NCBI GenBank assembly: GCA_041397845.1
Contig: JAWKVW010000017.1
Span: 3,503-67,502 of the forward strand
Direction of reading: 5' to 3'
Origin: Hyphomicrobiales bacterium
GTDB lineage: Bacteria; Pseudomonadota; Alphaproteobacteria; Rhizobiales; JAKPQE01
DNA length: 64,000 nucleotides
Shown one piece after another: positions 28,872-39,025 of the stretch. The position numbers were made by a program, and so were the translations under genes. Below the pieces are notes generated by a model. The model was not told where the DNA came from. It saw only the letters and a list, made by a program, of their open reading frames with translations, and searched no databases. Position 1 is the first letter of the stretch. Every line of letters starts with the position of its first letter.

Positions 28872-29867
28872 ATGAACACCATCACCGTGAAGTCCACGGC
28901 CGCCAGCAACCGCACCGGCTATCGCAGCTTCGAGCTTGGCAGCTTCAGGTTCAGCCGTGACGAATATTTCGTCTACATCACCTGGCCGTCGAAGAACGGC
29001 GAGATGACCCATTACATGTCGGCCGACGCCTTCCTGCGCGCCCTGATGCGCGACGTCGCCTGGGGCTTCTTCTACTACCAGGTCAATTTCGACGCCGTGT
29101 TCGGCACCAACAATCTCTACGGCAAGGTCGAGATGTTCGCCGGCGCGTTCAACGAGACCTACAAGTCGGCCGGCCTCGACCGCCTTGAAACCTTCGATAC
29201 GCCGGTCATCATGGCGACCTTCAAGGCCATTCTCGAAGACTGGACCAATGACGGCTTCGACCCGTTCTCTGCCCCCGAGGAGACCGGCACCGCCTGGCTC
29301 GGCAAGAAGAACGGCGAGAACCTTGCCGCCATCAACCGCGAGCGCGAGGTCTGCAAGCGCATGGTCGGCCTGCCGGGCGACTCGGCGATGCGCGCCGACG
29401 ACAACGGCTATCCGGTCAACCGCGCCTTCGCCGACGTCCCCCAGGACGCGCCGGAGGTCTATGCCGAGCCCGGCTTCGAGAGCGAGGTCGGCGCCGTCAA
29501 TCTCTTTGCCTACCTGTCGCGCTCGGACGTCACCTGGAACCCGTCGATCAGCTCGGTCTGCAAGACCAGCCTCTATTGCCCGACGACCGAGGAATACATC
29601 CTGCCGATCAAGCACGGCAACGACCGCGTCGAGTGGTTCGTCCAGCTCTCCGACGAGATCAAGTGGGAGATCGAGGACCGCGAGAGCGGCCGGCCCCGCG
29701 CCAAGGTTGTCATGAAGGCCGGCGACGTTGCCGCGATGCCGGAGGATATCCGCCATCAGGGCTTCTCGCCGAAGCGCTCCATGCTGCTCGTCTGGGAGAA
29801 CGCCAATCCGGGCATCGTCGAGATGCACCGGACCGGCCAGATCCCGCCCTATCCGGTCGAGTTCTGA
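28872..29867 (+). CDS. Hydroquinone 1,2-dioxygenase large subunit-like protein (HapD/PnpD type), tentative
   Basis: 331 aa (~38 kDa), paired with the 18-kDa ORF. The C-terminal region is cupin-like (HGNDRVEWFVQLSDEIKWEIED...DIRHQGFSP). The call is context-based. Confidence 0.5.
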   Translation: MNTITVKSTAASNRTGYRSFELGSFRFSRDEYFVYITWPSKNGEMTHYMSADAFLRALMRDVAWGFFYYQVNFDAVFGTNNLYGKVEMFAGAFNETYKSAGLDRLETFDTPVIMATFKAILEDWTNDGFDPFSAPEETGTAWLGKKNGENLAAINREREVCKRMVGLPGDSAMRADDNGYPVNRAFADVPQDAPEVYAEPGFESEVGAVNLFAYLSRSDVTWNPSISSVCKTSLYCPTTEEYILPIKHGNDRVEWFVQLSDEIKWEIEDRESGRPRAKVVMKAGDVAAMPEDIRHQGFSPKRSMLLVWENANPGIVEMHRTGQIPPYPVEF

Positions 29868-30094
29868 GACTGGCGCCGGGAGGGTCGCGGGGCAAGGGTG
29901 ACCGCGAGCCCGCCGCGACCATAGGGCCAGGGCGCCGTCGTCCCTCTGGGCGGCGCCCGCACGGCAGGCCGTGACGGCCCGACCCGGCGCCTGATTTTTC
30001 CGCGGTCCGCCGCGGAAATTCCAAAGACCAGACACCATCCGCTTATGCCCAGGCCGCGCCCGCAGCGCCCGGTCCGGGAACGGGAGACTGCGCC

Positions 30095-31564
30095 ATGGGC
30101 GTCCAGAACAAGCTTTTCATCGGCGGCCGGTTCGTCGATGCCGTCGACGGCGGCACCATCGAGGTTCTCAACCCGCACGACAATTCGGTGATCACCGAGG
30201 TTGCCGAGGCCCGCGCCGCCGACGTCGACCGCGCCGTCGAGGCGGCCGAGGCCGCCTTTCCGGCCTGGAGTTCGATGGCGGCGATGGATCGCGGCCGCCT
30301 CCTTTTGAAGCTTGCCGATGCGATCGAGGCCAATGCCGCCGAGCTCGCCCGCCTGGAGTCGCTTGATACCGGCCACCCGCTGAAGGACACCAACTTCCTC
30401 GACGTGCCGCGCACCGCCGTCACCTTCCGCTATTTCGGCGGCATGGCCGACAAGTTCGAGGGCTCGGTCATTCCGGTCGAGGCCGGTTTCCTCAACTACA
30501 CTACCCACGAGCCGGTCGGCGTCGTCGGCCAGATCGTGCCCTGGAACTTCCCGCTGATGTTCACGAGCTGGAAGATGGGCCCGGCGCTCGCCGCCGGAAA
30601 CTGCATCGTCCTGAAGCCGGCCGAGATCACCCCGCTGAGCACCCTGCGCATCGGCGAATTGATGAAGGAAGTCGGCATCCCCGATGGTGTCGTCAACATC
30701 CTGCCCGGCTATGGCGCCACCGCCGGCCAGCGCATCGCCGAGCATCCCGGCATCCACAAGGTCGCCTTCACCGGCTCGACCGCGACCGGCCGGCGCATCG
30801 TCGCCGCCTCCGCCGGCAACCTGAAGAAGGTGCAGCTCGAACTCGGCGGCAAGGGCGCCAACATCGTCTTTGCCGACGCCAACATCGACGCCGCCGTCAA
30901 CGGCTCGGCCTTCGCCATCTTCCACAATCAGGGCCAGGCCTGCATCGCCGGCTCGCGGCTGGTCCTGCACGAGAGCATCGCCGACGAATTCCTCGACAAG
31001 TTCCTGAAGCTGACGAACTCGATCCGCCTTGGCGATCCGCTCGCCCCCGGCACCGAGATGGGGCCGCTGACCTCGAAGCTGCATCAGGAGCGCGTTCTCT
31101 CCTATGTCGAGGTCGCCCTTGCCCAAGGTGGCGAGCTGCTCGCCGGCGGCACGCTGCCGGACGATCCCGCCCTTGCCGCCGGCTGCTATGTCCGCCCGAC
31201 CGTGGTGCGGGCGAAGCCGTCCGACCGCGTCTGCCAGGAAGAGGTCTTTGGCCCCTTCGTCGCCGTCAGCACCTTCCGCGACGAGGAAGAGGTGATGGCG
31301 ATCGCCAACAGCACCGAATACGGCCTCGGCGGCGGCCTGTGGACGACCAACCTCGCCCGCGCCCACCGCATCGCCCGCCACATGGTGAGCGGCATGGTCT
31401 GGATCAACTGCTACAAGCGGGTCAATCCGGCCTCGCCCTTCGGCGGCGTGCGCGCCTCCGGCTATGGCCGCGAAATGGGCTTCGAGGCGATGCGCGAATA
31501 CACCCAGGTGAAATCCGTCTGGGTGAACGTCGACGCCAAGATCCCGCCCTATTACGCAAGGTGA
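30095..31564 (+). CDS. NAD(P)+ aldehyde dehydrogenase (4-hydroxymuconic semialdehyde dehydrogenase-like)
   Basis: 489 aa with ALDH motifs ELGGKGANIVF and FHNQGQACIAGSR (catalytic Cys). The substrate is inferred from context. Confidence 0.8.
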   Translation: MGVQNKLFIGGRFVDAVDGGTIEVLNPHDNSVITEVAEARAADVDRAVEAAEAAFPAWSSMAAMDRGRLLLKLADAIEANAAELARLESLDTGHPLKDTNFLDVPRTAVTFRYFGGMADKFEGSVIPVEAGFLNYTTHEPVGVVGQIVPWNFPLMFTSWKMGPALAAGNCIVLKPAEITPLSTLRIGELMKEVGIPDGVVNILPGYGATAGQRIAEHPGIHKVAFTGSTATGRRIVAASAGNLKKVQLELGGKGANIVFADANIDAAVNGSAFAIFHNQGQACIAGSRLVLHESIADEFLDKFLKLTNSIRLGDPLAPGTEMGPLTSKLHQERVLSYVEVALAQGGELLAGGTLPDDPALAAGCYVRPTVVRAKPSDRVCQEEVFGPFVAVSTFRDEEEVMAIANSTEYGLGGGLWTTNLARAHRIARHMVSGMVWINCYKRVNPASPFGGVRASGYGREMGFEAMREYTQVKSVWVNVDAKIPPYYAR

Positions 31565-31569
31565 GAACG

Positions 31570-32427
31570 ATGACCGAGTTTCTCACCCTGCGCGAGGCGG
31601 TCGCCCGCTTCGTCAACGACGGCGACACCGTCGCCCTCGAGGGCTTCACCCACCTCATTCCGCACGCCGCCGGCCACGAGATCATCCGCCAGGGCAAGAA
31701 GGACCTGACCCTGGTCCGCATGACGCCGGACCTCATCTACGACCAGCTCATCGGCATGGGCTGCGCCCGCAAGCTCGTCTTCTCCTGGGGCGGCAATCCC
31801 GGCGTTGGCTCGCTGCATCGCCTGCGCGACGCGGTCGAGAACGGCTGGCCGCATCGCCTCGAGATCGAGGAGCACAGCCACGCCGCCATGGCGAATGCCT
31901 ACGAGGCCGGCGCCGCCGGCATGCCCTTCGCGGTCTTTCGCGGCTATCTCGGCACCGACTATCCGCGCCACAACCCGAACATCCGCAAGATCACCTGCCC
32001 GTTCACCGGCGAGGAGTTCGCCGCCGTCCCGGCGGTCCGCCCGGATGTCGCGATCATTCATGCCCAGCGGGCCGACCGGCGCGGCAATGTCCACATCTCG
32101 GGCATCGTCGGCGTCCAGCGCGAGGCCGTGCTCGCCGCCCGGCGCGCCATCGTCACCGTCGAGGAGGTCGTCGACGACCTCGACACGGCAAAGGCCAATT
32201 CCGTCGTCCTGCCGCGGTTCACGATTGCCGCCATCTGCGAGGTGCCGCGCGGCGCCCATCCTTCCTACGCCCATGGCTACTACCGGCGCCACAACGCCTT
32301 CTACCGGCGCTGGGACGAGATCGCCCGCGACCGCGACGGTTTCAGCGCCTGGATGAAGGACTTCATCGTCGACGCCCCCGACTGGTCGGCGACCTGGAAC
32401 CGCATGAAGGAGCACGGCTATGTCTGA
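31570..32427 (+). CDS. pcaI: CoA-transferase subunit A (3-oxoadipate CoA-transferase-like)
   Basis: The protein begins MTEFLTLREAVARFVNDGDTVALEGF... It is paired with a subunit B gene that overlaps it by 8 nt. The long ORF from 31339 is an upstream extension. Confidence 0.7.
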   Translation: MTEFLTLREAVARFVNDGDTVALEGFTHLIPHAAGHEIIRQGKKDLTLVRMTPDLIYDQLIGMGCARKLVFSWGGNPGVGSLHRLRDAVENGWPHRLEIEEHSHAAMANAYEAGAAGMPFAVFRGYLGTDYPRHNPNIRKITCPFTGEEFAAVPAVRPDVAIIHAQRADRRGNVHISGIVGVQREAVLAARRAIVTVEEVVDDLDTAKANSVVLPRFTIAAICEVPRGAHPSYAHGYYRRHNAFYRRWDEIARDRDGFSAWMKDFIVDAPDWSATWNRMKEHGYV

Positions 32428-33223
32428 GCCAGCCGTCAGCATCACCCCGGCGCCCGACTACACTCCGGACGAGATGATGAGCGTCGCCGCCGCCCGCATG
32501 GTCGGCAATGACGACGTCTGCTTCGTCGGCATCGGCCTGCCGAGCGAGGCGGCCAATCTCGCCCGCCTCACCCATGCACCCGATATCGTGCTCATCTATG
32601 AGTCCGGCACCATTGCGACCCGTCCCGACGTCCTGCCGCTGTCGATCGGCGACGGCGAGCTCGCCGAGACCGCGCGGGCCGTCGTCTCGGTGCCCGAGAT
32701 GTTCCGCTACTGGCTGCAGGGCGGCCGCGTCACCGTCGGCTTCCTCGGCGCCGCCCAGATCGACCGCTTCGGCAACATCAACACCACCGTCATCGGCGAC
32801 TACGACCACCCGAAGGTCCGCCTGCCCGGCGGCGGCGGCGCCCCGGAGATCGCGACCTCTTCCGGCCAGGTCTTCGTCATGCTGCGCCAGAGCCGGCGCG
32901 CCTTTGTCGAAAAGCTCGATTTCATCACCTCGGTCGGCAACTACCGCGGCGGCGACAGCCGCGCCGCTCTCGGCATTCCCGGCAAGGGTCCGACGGTGAT
33001 CATCACCGATTTCGGCATCCTGACGCCGGAGCCCGGCAGCGGCGAGTTCGTCATGAGCAGCCTTCATCCCGGCGTCAGCCGCGAACAGGCCATCGCCGCC
33101 ACCGGCTGGCCGCTGCGCTTTGCCGAGACCGTCGCCGTGACCGAGCCGCCGGCCGAGGCCGAATTGCGCACCCTGCGCGACCTGAAGGCGCGCACCGCCC
33201 GCGCCCATGCGGGAGACGCGTGA
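32420..33223 (+). CDS. pcaJ: CoA-transferase subunit B (3-oxoadipate CoA-transferase-like)
   Basis: 267 aa with family I CoA-transferase beta-subunit features (IYESGTI, GAAQIDRFGNINTT). Confidence 0.7.
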   Translation: MSEPAVSITPAPDYTPDEMMSVAAARMVGNDDVCFVGIGLPSEAANLARLTHAPDIVLIYESGTIATRPDVLPLSIGDGELAETARAVVSVPEMFRYWLQGGRVTVGFLGAAQIDRFGNINTTVIGDYDHPKVRLPGGGGAPEIATSSGQVFVMLRQSRRAFVEKLDFITSVGNYRGGDSRAALGIPGKGPTVIITDFGILTPEPGSGEFVMSSLHPGVSREQAIAATGWPLRFAETVAVTEPPAEAELRTLRDLKARTARAHAGDA

Positions 33224-34296
33224 TGCGCCCGTTCGTCTATGACGCCCAGCCCGGCCGCGTCGTCTTCGGTGCCGGCAGCCTTGCCCGGCTGAAGGCCGAA
33301 ATCGAGGTGCTCGGCGCCCGCCGTGTCCTCGTCCTGTCGACGCCCGGCCAGCGCGCCTTTGCCGCCACCATTGCCGAAATGCTCGGCGAGCTTTGCGTCG
33401 GCGTGCACGACCGCGCGGTCATGCATGTCCCGGTCGAGACGGCGAACGAGGGTGTTGCCGAGGCCCGCCGCCTTGCCGCCGATTGCGCCCTGGCCGTTGG
33501 TGGCGGCTCGACCATCGGCCTTGCCAAGGCGATCGCCCTTGCAACCGGCCTGCCGGTCGTCGCCGTGCCGACCACCTATTCCGGCTCGGAGATGACGCCG
33601 ATCTGGGGCCTGACCGAGGACGGCGTCAAACGCACCGGCCGCGACCGGCGCGTCCTGCCGCGAACGGTCATCTACGATCCGGAACTGACCGTCGGCCTGC
33701 CCGCCGCCGTCACCGGGCCGAGCGGCATGAACGCCATCGCCCATTGCGTCGAGGCGCTCTAGTCCGAGACCGCCAATCCGGTCATCTCGCTGATGGCCGA
33801 GGAGGGCATCCGTGCACGTGCCGCGAGCCTGCCGACGGCCGTTGCCGCACCCGCCGACATCGCGGCGCGCGCCGGTGCGCTCTATGGCGCCTGGCTCGCC
33901 GGCGCCGCCCTCGGCGCGGTCGGCATGGCCCTGCATCACAAGCTCTGCCACACTCTCGGCGGAACCTTCGACCTGCCCCACGCCGAGGTGCACACGGTTG
34001 TCATTCCCTATGTGACGGCCTTCAACGCCGATGTCGTGCCCGAGGCCATCGGCCGCGTCGCCCGTGCGCTCGGCGTCGATACCCCCGGCGAGGCGGCCGG
34101 CGCGCTCTTCGACCTGTCGAAGGCGATCGGCGCCCGCACCAGCCTTGCCGATATCGGCATGCGCGAGAGCGACCTCGACCGTGCCGCCGAGATCGCCACC
34201 CGCAATCCCTACTACAACCCGCGCCCGGTGACCCGGGAGAGCGTCCGCGCCCTGCTCGACGACGCCTATTTCGGCCGCCGTCCGGCATGCGGTTGA
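33220..34296 (+). pseudogene. Maleylacetate reductase (iron-containing alcohol dehydrogenase family) with an in-frame TAG at 33760-33762
   Basis: ORFs 33220..33762 and 33793..34296 are in the same frame. The read-through sequence is ...AIAHCVEAL*SETANPVISLMAEEGIRA... The combined 358 codons match the usual length, and the stop sits where Tyr is usual. Confidence 0.8.
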
Positions 34297-34328
34297 CAGG
34301 TCAGACGACTTCTCTGGGAGGAACCAAA

Positions 34329-35618
34329 ATGAAAACGATCATCAAGCCTGAAGTTTCCCGACGCACCCTGATCAAGGGCGCCGCTGCCGCCGGCCTTGCC
34401 GCGCCGATGCTGCGCTTCACCTCGGCGCTCGCCGCGCCGCAGACCATCCGCATCGGCTATGTGACGCCGCGCACCGGTCCGCTCGCCCCCTTCGCCGAGG
34501 CCGACGAATACGTCATCGCCGCTGTCCAGGCGCTGTTCAAGGGCGGCCTCGACATCGGCGGCACGAAGCACCCGGTCGAGATCGTCGTCAAGGACAGCCA
34601 GTCCCAGCCGAACCGCGCCGCCGAGGTCGCCTCCGAGCTGATCCTCAACGACAAGGTCAACCTGATGCTGGTTTCCTCGACGCCGGAGACCACCAATCCG
34701 GTCGGCGACCAGTGCGAGCTGAACGGCGTGCCGTGCATCTCGACCGTCGCCCCCTGGCAGCCCTGGTTCTTCACCCGCGGCGGCCAGCCGGACACCGGCT
34801 TCGAGTGGACCTACCACTTCTTCTGGGGACTTGAGGACATCATCGCCGTCTTCGCCGACATGTGGGGCTCGGTCGACACCAACAAGGTCGTCGGCGGCCT
34901 GTGGCCGAACGACGGCGACGGCAATGCCTGGGGCGATGCCAGGATCGGCTTCCCGCCGGTGCTCGAGAAGGCGGGCTACAAGATCGTCGATCCGGGCCGC
35001 TACCAGAACCTGACCGACGACTTCTCGGCCCAGATCACCGCCTACAAGAAGGCCGGCGCCGAAATCGTCACCGGCGTGCCGATCCCGCCGGATTTCACCA
35101 CCTTCTGGACGCAGGCCTCCCAGCAGGGCTTCAAGCCGAAAATCGCCTCCGTCGGCAAGGCGCTGCTCTTCCCGGTCGCCGTCGAGGCCCTTGGCGACCT
35201 CGGCCAGAACCTCTCGACCGAGGTCTGGTGGACGCCGCATCACCCGTTCTCCTCCTCGCTCAGCGGCCAGTCGGCCGGCGAGCTTGCCGCCGCCTTCGAG
35301 AAGGAGACCGGCAAGCAGTGGACCCAGCCGATCGGCTTTGCCCACGCCCTGTTCGAGATCGCCGCCGACACGCTGAAGCGCACGGGCGATCTCGGCGATC
35401 CCGCCTCGATCCGCGATGCGCTTGCCGCGACCGATCTCGACACCGTCGTCGGCAAGGTCAAGTGGGGCGGCGAGGGTCCGTTCAGGAACGTCGCCAAGAC
35501 GCCGCTCGTCGGCGGCCAGTGGCGCCGGCAGGAGAACGGCCGCTACGACATCGCCATCGTCTCCAACAGCGAGGCGCCGGCCGTGCCGACCACCGGCAGC
35601 TTCGAGCTCATCGCCTGA
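34329..35618 (+). CDS. ABC transporter substrate-binding protein (LIV/branched-chain type) with a Tat-like signal
   Basis: The N-terminus is MKTIIKPEVSRRTLIKGAAAAGLAAPMLRFTSALAAPQ. A type I periplasmic binding fold pattern follows. The 741-aa ORF from 33393 is an out-of-frame extension. Confidence 0.85.
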   Translation: MKTIIKPEVSRRTLIKGAAAAGLAAPMLRFTSALAAPQTIRIGYVTPRTGPLAPFAEADEYVIAAVQALFKGGLDIGGTKHPVEIVVKDSQSQPNRAAEVASELILNDKVNLMLVSSTPETTNPVGDQCELNGVPCISTVAPWQPWFFTRGGQPDTGFEWTYHFFWGLEDIIAVFADMWGSVDTNKVVGGLWPNDGDGNAWGDARIGFPPVLEKAGYKIVDPGRYQNLTDDFSAQITAYKKAGAEIVTGVPIPPDFTTFWTQASQQGFKPKIASVGKALLFPVAVEALGDLGQNLSTEVWWTPHHPFSSSLSGQSAGELAAAFEKETGKQWTQPIGFAHALFEIAADTLKRTGDLGDPASIRDALAATDLDTVVGKVKWGGEGPFRNVAKTPLVGGQWRRQENGRYDIAIVSNSEAPAVPTTGSFELIA

Positions 35619-35676
35619 TCATGCGCCCCGGCGGGCGGTGGCTGCACCGTCCGCCGGAAAGACCGAAGGGCCGGCC

Positions 35677-36402
35677 ATGTCCGACTTCCTGTCGCTCGAC
35701 CACGTCTCGAAAAGCTATGGCTCGCTGAAGGTGACCGACGATCTGTCGCTCGCTCTCGCCGAGGGCGAGGCGCTTGGCGTCATCGGGCCGAACGGCGCCG
35801 GCAAGACGACGATGTTCAACCTCATCACCGGCGACGTCCGCCCCGATGCCGGCAACGTCCGCTTCGACGGCCGCGAGATCGCGGCGCTGGCGCCGTCCGC
35901 CCGCTGCCGCGCCGGCATCGGCCGCTCCTACCAGATCCCGCACCCCTTCGCCGGCATGACCGTCTTTGAGAACGTACTGGTCGGCGGCACGTTCGGGGCG
36001 GGCCGCAGCGAGGCCGAGGCCGCCTCCGCCTGCGTCGAGGTGCTCGAGCGCACCGGCCTCCTTGCCAAGGCGAACCTGCTTGCCGGCTCCCTGACATTGC
36101 TCGACCGCAAGCGCCTCGAGCTTGCCCGGGCGCTGGCCACCGCGCCGCGCCTGCTGCTGCTCGACGAGATTGCCGGCGGCCTCACCGAGCACGAGGTTTA
36201 TGCCCTCGTCGAGACCATCAACGAAATCCGCGCCGAAGGTGTCTCCATCATCTGGATCGAGCACATCGTCCACGCCCTTCTTGCCGTCGTCGACCGCCTC
36301 GTTGTCATCAATTTCGGCCGTCTCCTGACCGAGGGCGACCCTGCCGAGGTGATGGCGAGCGCCGAGGTGCAGGAAGTCTACATGGGAATCAGCGTCGCAT
36401 GA
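35677..36402 (+). CDS. ABC transporter ATP-binding protein (LivG-like)
   Basis: Walker A is GPNGAGKTT and Walker B is LLLLDEIAGGL. Confidence 0.85.
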   Translation: MSDFLSLDHVSKSYGSLKVTDDLSLALAEGEALGVIGPNGAGKTTMFNLITGDVRPDAGNVRFDGREIAALAPSARCRAGIGRSYQIPHPFAGMTVFENVLVGGTFGAGRSEAEAASACVEVLERTGLLAKANLLAGSLTLLDRKRLELARALATAPRLLLLDEIAGGLTEHEVYALVETINEIRAEGVSIIWIEHIVHALLAVVDRLVVINFGRLLTEGDPAEVMASAEVQEVYMGISVA

Positions 36403-37097
36403 GCCTCGTCAGCACCCATGGCCTTACCGCCTTCTACGGCGACTTCCAGGCCCTCTTCGGCATCGATTTCAGCGTCGAGGCCGGCGAGACCGTCGCCATC
36501 ATCGGCTCGAACGGCGCCGGCAAGTCGACCTTCCTGCGCACCCTGACCGGGCTCATCGCCAGCCCTGCCGCGGCCATTCGCTTCGACGGCAGGGAAATCG
36601 GCGCCCTCGCCGCCCATCGCATCGTCGCCGAGGGCCTTGCCATGGTGCCGGAGGGACGCAGGCTCTTCCCGAGCCTCTCGGTCGAGGAAAACCTCGCCAT
36701 CGGCGCCTATTCGCGCCGCAAGGGGCCATGGACGCTGGAGCGGATCTTTACCCTGTTCCCGATCCTGAAGGAGCGCCGGCGCCACCCCGGCACCGCGCTT
36801 TCCGGCGGCCAGCAGCAGATGGTCGCGATCGGCCGGGCGCTGATGTCGAACCCGAAGCTTTTGCTTTGCGACGAGATCTCCCTCGGCCTCGCCCCGGTCG
36901 TCATTCGCGACATCTACGACGCGCTGCCCGGCATCAAGGCCGAAGGCACATCGGTCGTCGTCGTCGAGCAGGATGTCGGCCAGGCAATGCAGGTTGCCGA
37001 CCGCCTCTACTGTTTCCAGGAGGGCCGGGTATCGCTCGAGGGCGTGCCGTCGGAGCTCTCGCGCGAGCGGATTTCCGCCGCCTATTTCGGGGTCTGA
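36399..37097 (+). CDS. ABC transporter ATP-binding protein (LivF-like)
   Basis: Walker A is GSNGAGKST, the signature is LSGGQQQMVAIGRAL and Walker B is LLLCDEISLGL. Confidence 0.85.
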   Translation: MSLVSTHGLTAFYGDFQALFGIDFSVEAGETVAIIGSNGAGKSTFLRTLTGLIASPAAAIRFDGREIGALAAHRIVAEGLAMVPEGRRLFPSLSVEENLAIGAYSRRKGPWTLERIFTLFPILKERRRHPGTALSGGQQQMVAIGRALMSNPKLLLCDEISLGLAPVVIRDIYDALPGIKAEGTSVVVVEQDVGQAMQVADRLYCFQEGRVSLEGVPSELSRERISAAYFGV

Positions 37098-37101
37098 CGC
37101 A

Positions 37102-37974
37102 ATGATCGGCTGGCTCGACACCATCGTTCAGGGGCTGCTGCTCGGCGGCCTCTACGCCCTTTTCGCCGCCGGCCTGTCGCTCGCCTTCGGCATCATGCGG
37201 CTGGTCAACATCGCCCACGGCGATTTCATCATCCTGGCCGCCTATCTCGGCATCGCCATCGCCGAACCGTTCGGCATCAACCCGTTCCTCTGCCTCCTCG
37301 TCGTCGTGCCGGCAATGGCCGCGATCGGCTATGTCCTGCAGCGCGGCGTCCTCAACGCCACTCTCGGCCAGGACATCCTGCCGCCACTGCTCGTCACCTT
37401 CGGCCTGTCGATCATCATCCAGAACCTTCTGACCGAGATCTTCTCGGCCGACAGCCGCGGCCTCAACGCCGGCGACATCGAGATTGCCAGCATCCCGGTC
37501 GGCGGCGGCATCGCCGTCGGCGTCCTGCCGCTCCTCGTGCTTGTTACCGCCATCGCCGTCATCGTCGGCCTGCAGCTCCTGTTCACCCGCACCGCGATCG
37601 GCCGTGCCTTCCGCGCCACCTCGGACGATCCGGTGACCGCCGAGCTGATGGGCATCGATGCCCGCCACATCTACGGCCTTGCCATGGCGCTGGCCATGGC
37701 CATCGTCGGCATCGCCGGCGTCTATCTCGCCATTCGAACGAGCATCAACCCGACCATCGGTCCGGCGCGCCTGCTCTATGCCTTCGAGGCGGTGATCATC
37801 GGCGGTCTCGGCTCGCTCTGGGGCACGCTCGCCGGCGGCATGCTCCTCGGCGTCGCCCAGACCGTCGGTTTCCGCCTCGATCCCGGCTGGGGCATCCTTG
37901 CCGGCCACCTGACCTTCCTTGCCGTTCTCGTCTTCCGCCCGAACGGCCTTTTCCCGAAAACCCGCGATCGCTGA
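37102..37974 (+). CDS. Branched-chain-type ABC permease (LivH-like)
   Basis: 290 aa, polytopic, beginning MIGWLDTIVQGLLLGGLYALFAAGLSLAFG. Confidence 0.85.
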   Translation: MIGWLDTIVQGLLLGGLYALFAAGLSLAFGIMRLVNIAHGDFIILAAYLGIAIAEPFGINPFLCLLVVVPAMAAIGYVLQRGVLNATLGQDILPPLLVTFGLSIIIQNLLTEIFSADSRGLNAGDIEIASIPVGGGIAVGVLPLLVLVTAIAVIVGLQLLFTRTAIGRAFRATSDDPVTAELMGIDARHIYGLAMALAMAIVGIAGVYLAIRTSINPTIGPARLLYAFEAVIIGGLGSLWGTLAGGMLLGVAQTVGFRLDPGWGILAGHLTFLAVLVFRPNGLFPKTRDR

Positions 37975-37984
37975 GGAGCACGAA

Positions 37985-39025
37985 ATGTCCAAGGTGCTGA
38001 CTGCGGCCGCACCGGCCTTCGCGATCGAGCGCCAGACGCGCGCCAGCCGCTTCGGCGCCGTGGCGCTCGTCCTTGCCCTCCTCGTGATGGTGTCGATGCC
38101 CTGGTGGGGCGGCCGCGCCGAGATGCGCACGCTGACCGAGTTCCTCTACATTCTGGCGCTCGCCCAGATGTGGAACCTGCTTGCCGGCTATGGCGGCCTC
38201 GTCTCGGTCGGCCAGCAGGCCTTCATCGGCCTTGGCGGCTACGCCCTCGTCGTCTTCGCCATGAAGCTCGGCCTCAACGTCTTCGTCTCGGTCTTTCTCT
38301 CCGGCCTTGTCGCCGCCGTCATCGCGATCCCGACCGCTGCCGTGGTGTTCCGCCTGCGCGGCGCCTATTTCGCCATCGGCACCTGGGTCGTTGCCGAGAT
38401 CTTCCGCCTGCTCATCGCCAACACCGTCTGGCTCGGCGGCGGCTCCGGCCTGTCGATCACCAGCGCCGTCAAGGGCATTCCCGCCTGGTGGCGGGAATCG
38501 ATCACCTTCTGGCTGGCGATCGCCATCGGCCTTGGCGCGGTTCTTCTGTCCTATCTTCTGCTCCGCTCCCGCCATGGCCTTGCCCTGACGGCGGTGCGCG
38601 ACAGCGAGGCGGCCAGCGAAAGCCTCGGCGTGCGGGTGCGCGACATGAAATGGTTCGTCTACGTCGCCTCGGCCTTCGGCTGCGGTCTCGTCGGTGGCCT
38701 CATCTTCATCACCAAGCTGCGCATCTCGCCGGACGCCGCCTTCTCGGCCGACTGGACGGCGATCATGTTCTTCGTCGTCGTCATCGGCGGCATCGGCACC
38801 ATCGAGGGGCCGATCGTCGGGGCGCTCGTCTATTTCGCCCTGCGCGGCACGCTGCAGGACTTTGGTTCCTGGTATCTCATCGTCCTCGGCCTCGTCGCCG
38901 TGGTGCTGATGCTGAAAATGCCGAAGGGCATCTGGGGCTGGGTCGCGGCCCGCCACGACATCCGTTTCTTCCCCGTCCAGCGCCGTCTGCGCCTGACGGA
39001 AACCGGCAAGGGAGGCCGCCGATGA
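37985..39025 (+). CDS. Branched-chain-type ABC permease (LivM-like)
   Basis: 346 aa, polytopic, with LAQMWNLLAGYGGLVSVGQQAFIGLGGY. Confidence 0.85.
   Translation: MSKVLTAAAPAFAIERQTRASRFGAVALVLALLVMVSMPWWGGRAEMRTLTEFLYILALAQMWNLLAGYGGLVSVGQQAFIGLGGYALVVFAMKLGLNVFVSVFLSGLVAAVIAIPTAAVVFRLRGAYFAIGTWVVAEIFRLLIANTVWLGGGSGLSITSAVKGIPAWWRESITFWLAIAIGLGAVLLSYLLLRSRHGLALTAVRDSEAASESLGVRVRDMKWFVYVASAFGCGLVGGLIFITKLRISPDAAFSADWTAIMFFVVVIGGIGTIEGPIVGALVYFALRGTLQDFGSWYLIVLGLVAVVLMLKMPKGIWGWVAARHDIRFFPVQRRLRLTETGKGGRR

Noticed and set aside
33760-33762. In-frame TAG in maleylacetate reductase as pyrrolysine or suppression
   Set aside because: No pyl genes or context are present. A one-base change from a Tyr codon is the simpler explanation.
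33393-35618. ORFs with long N-terminal extensions: 741-aa ORF 33393..35618, and likewise 38104..39621, 35416..36402, 36973..37974, 23824..25479 and 31339..32427
   Set aside because: The upstream parts are out-of-frame reads of the preceding gene (Arg/Pro-rich). The genuine starts have SD sequences and family-typical N-termini at 34329, 39022, 35677, 37102, 24300 and 31570.
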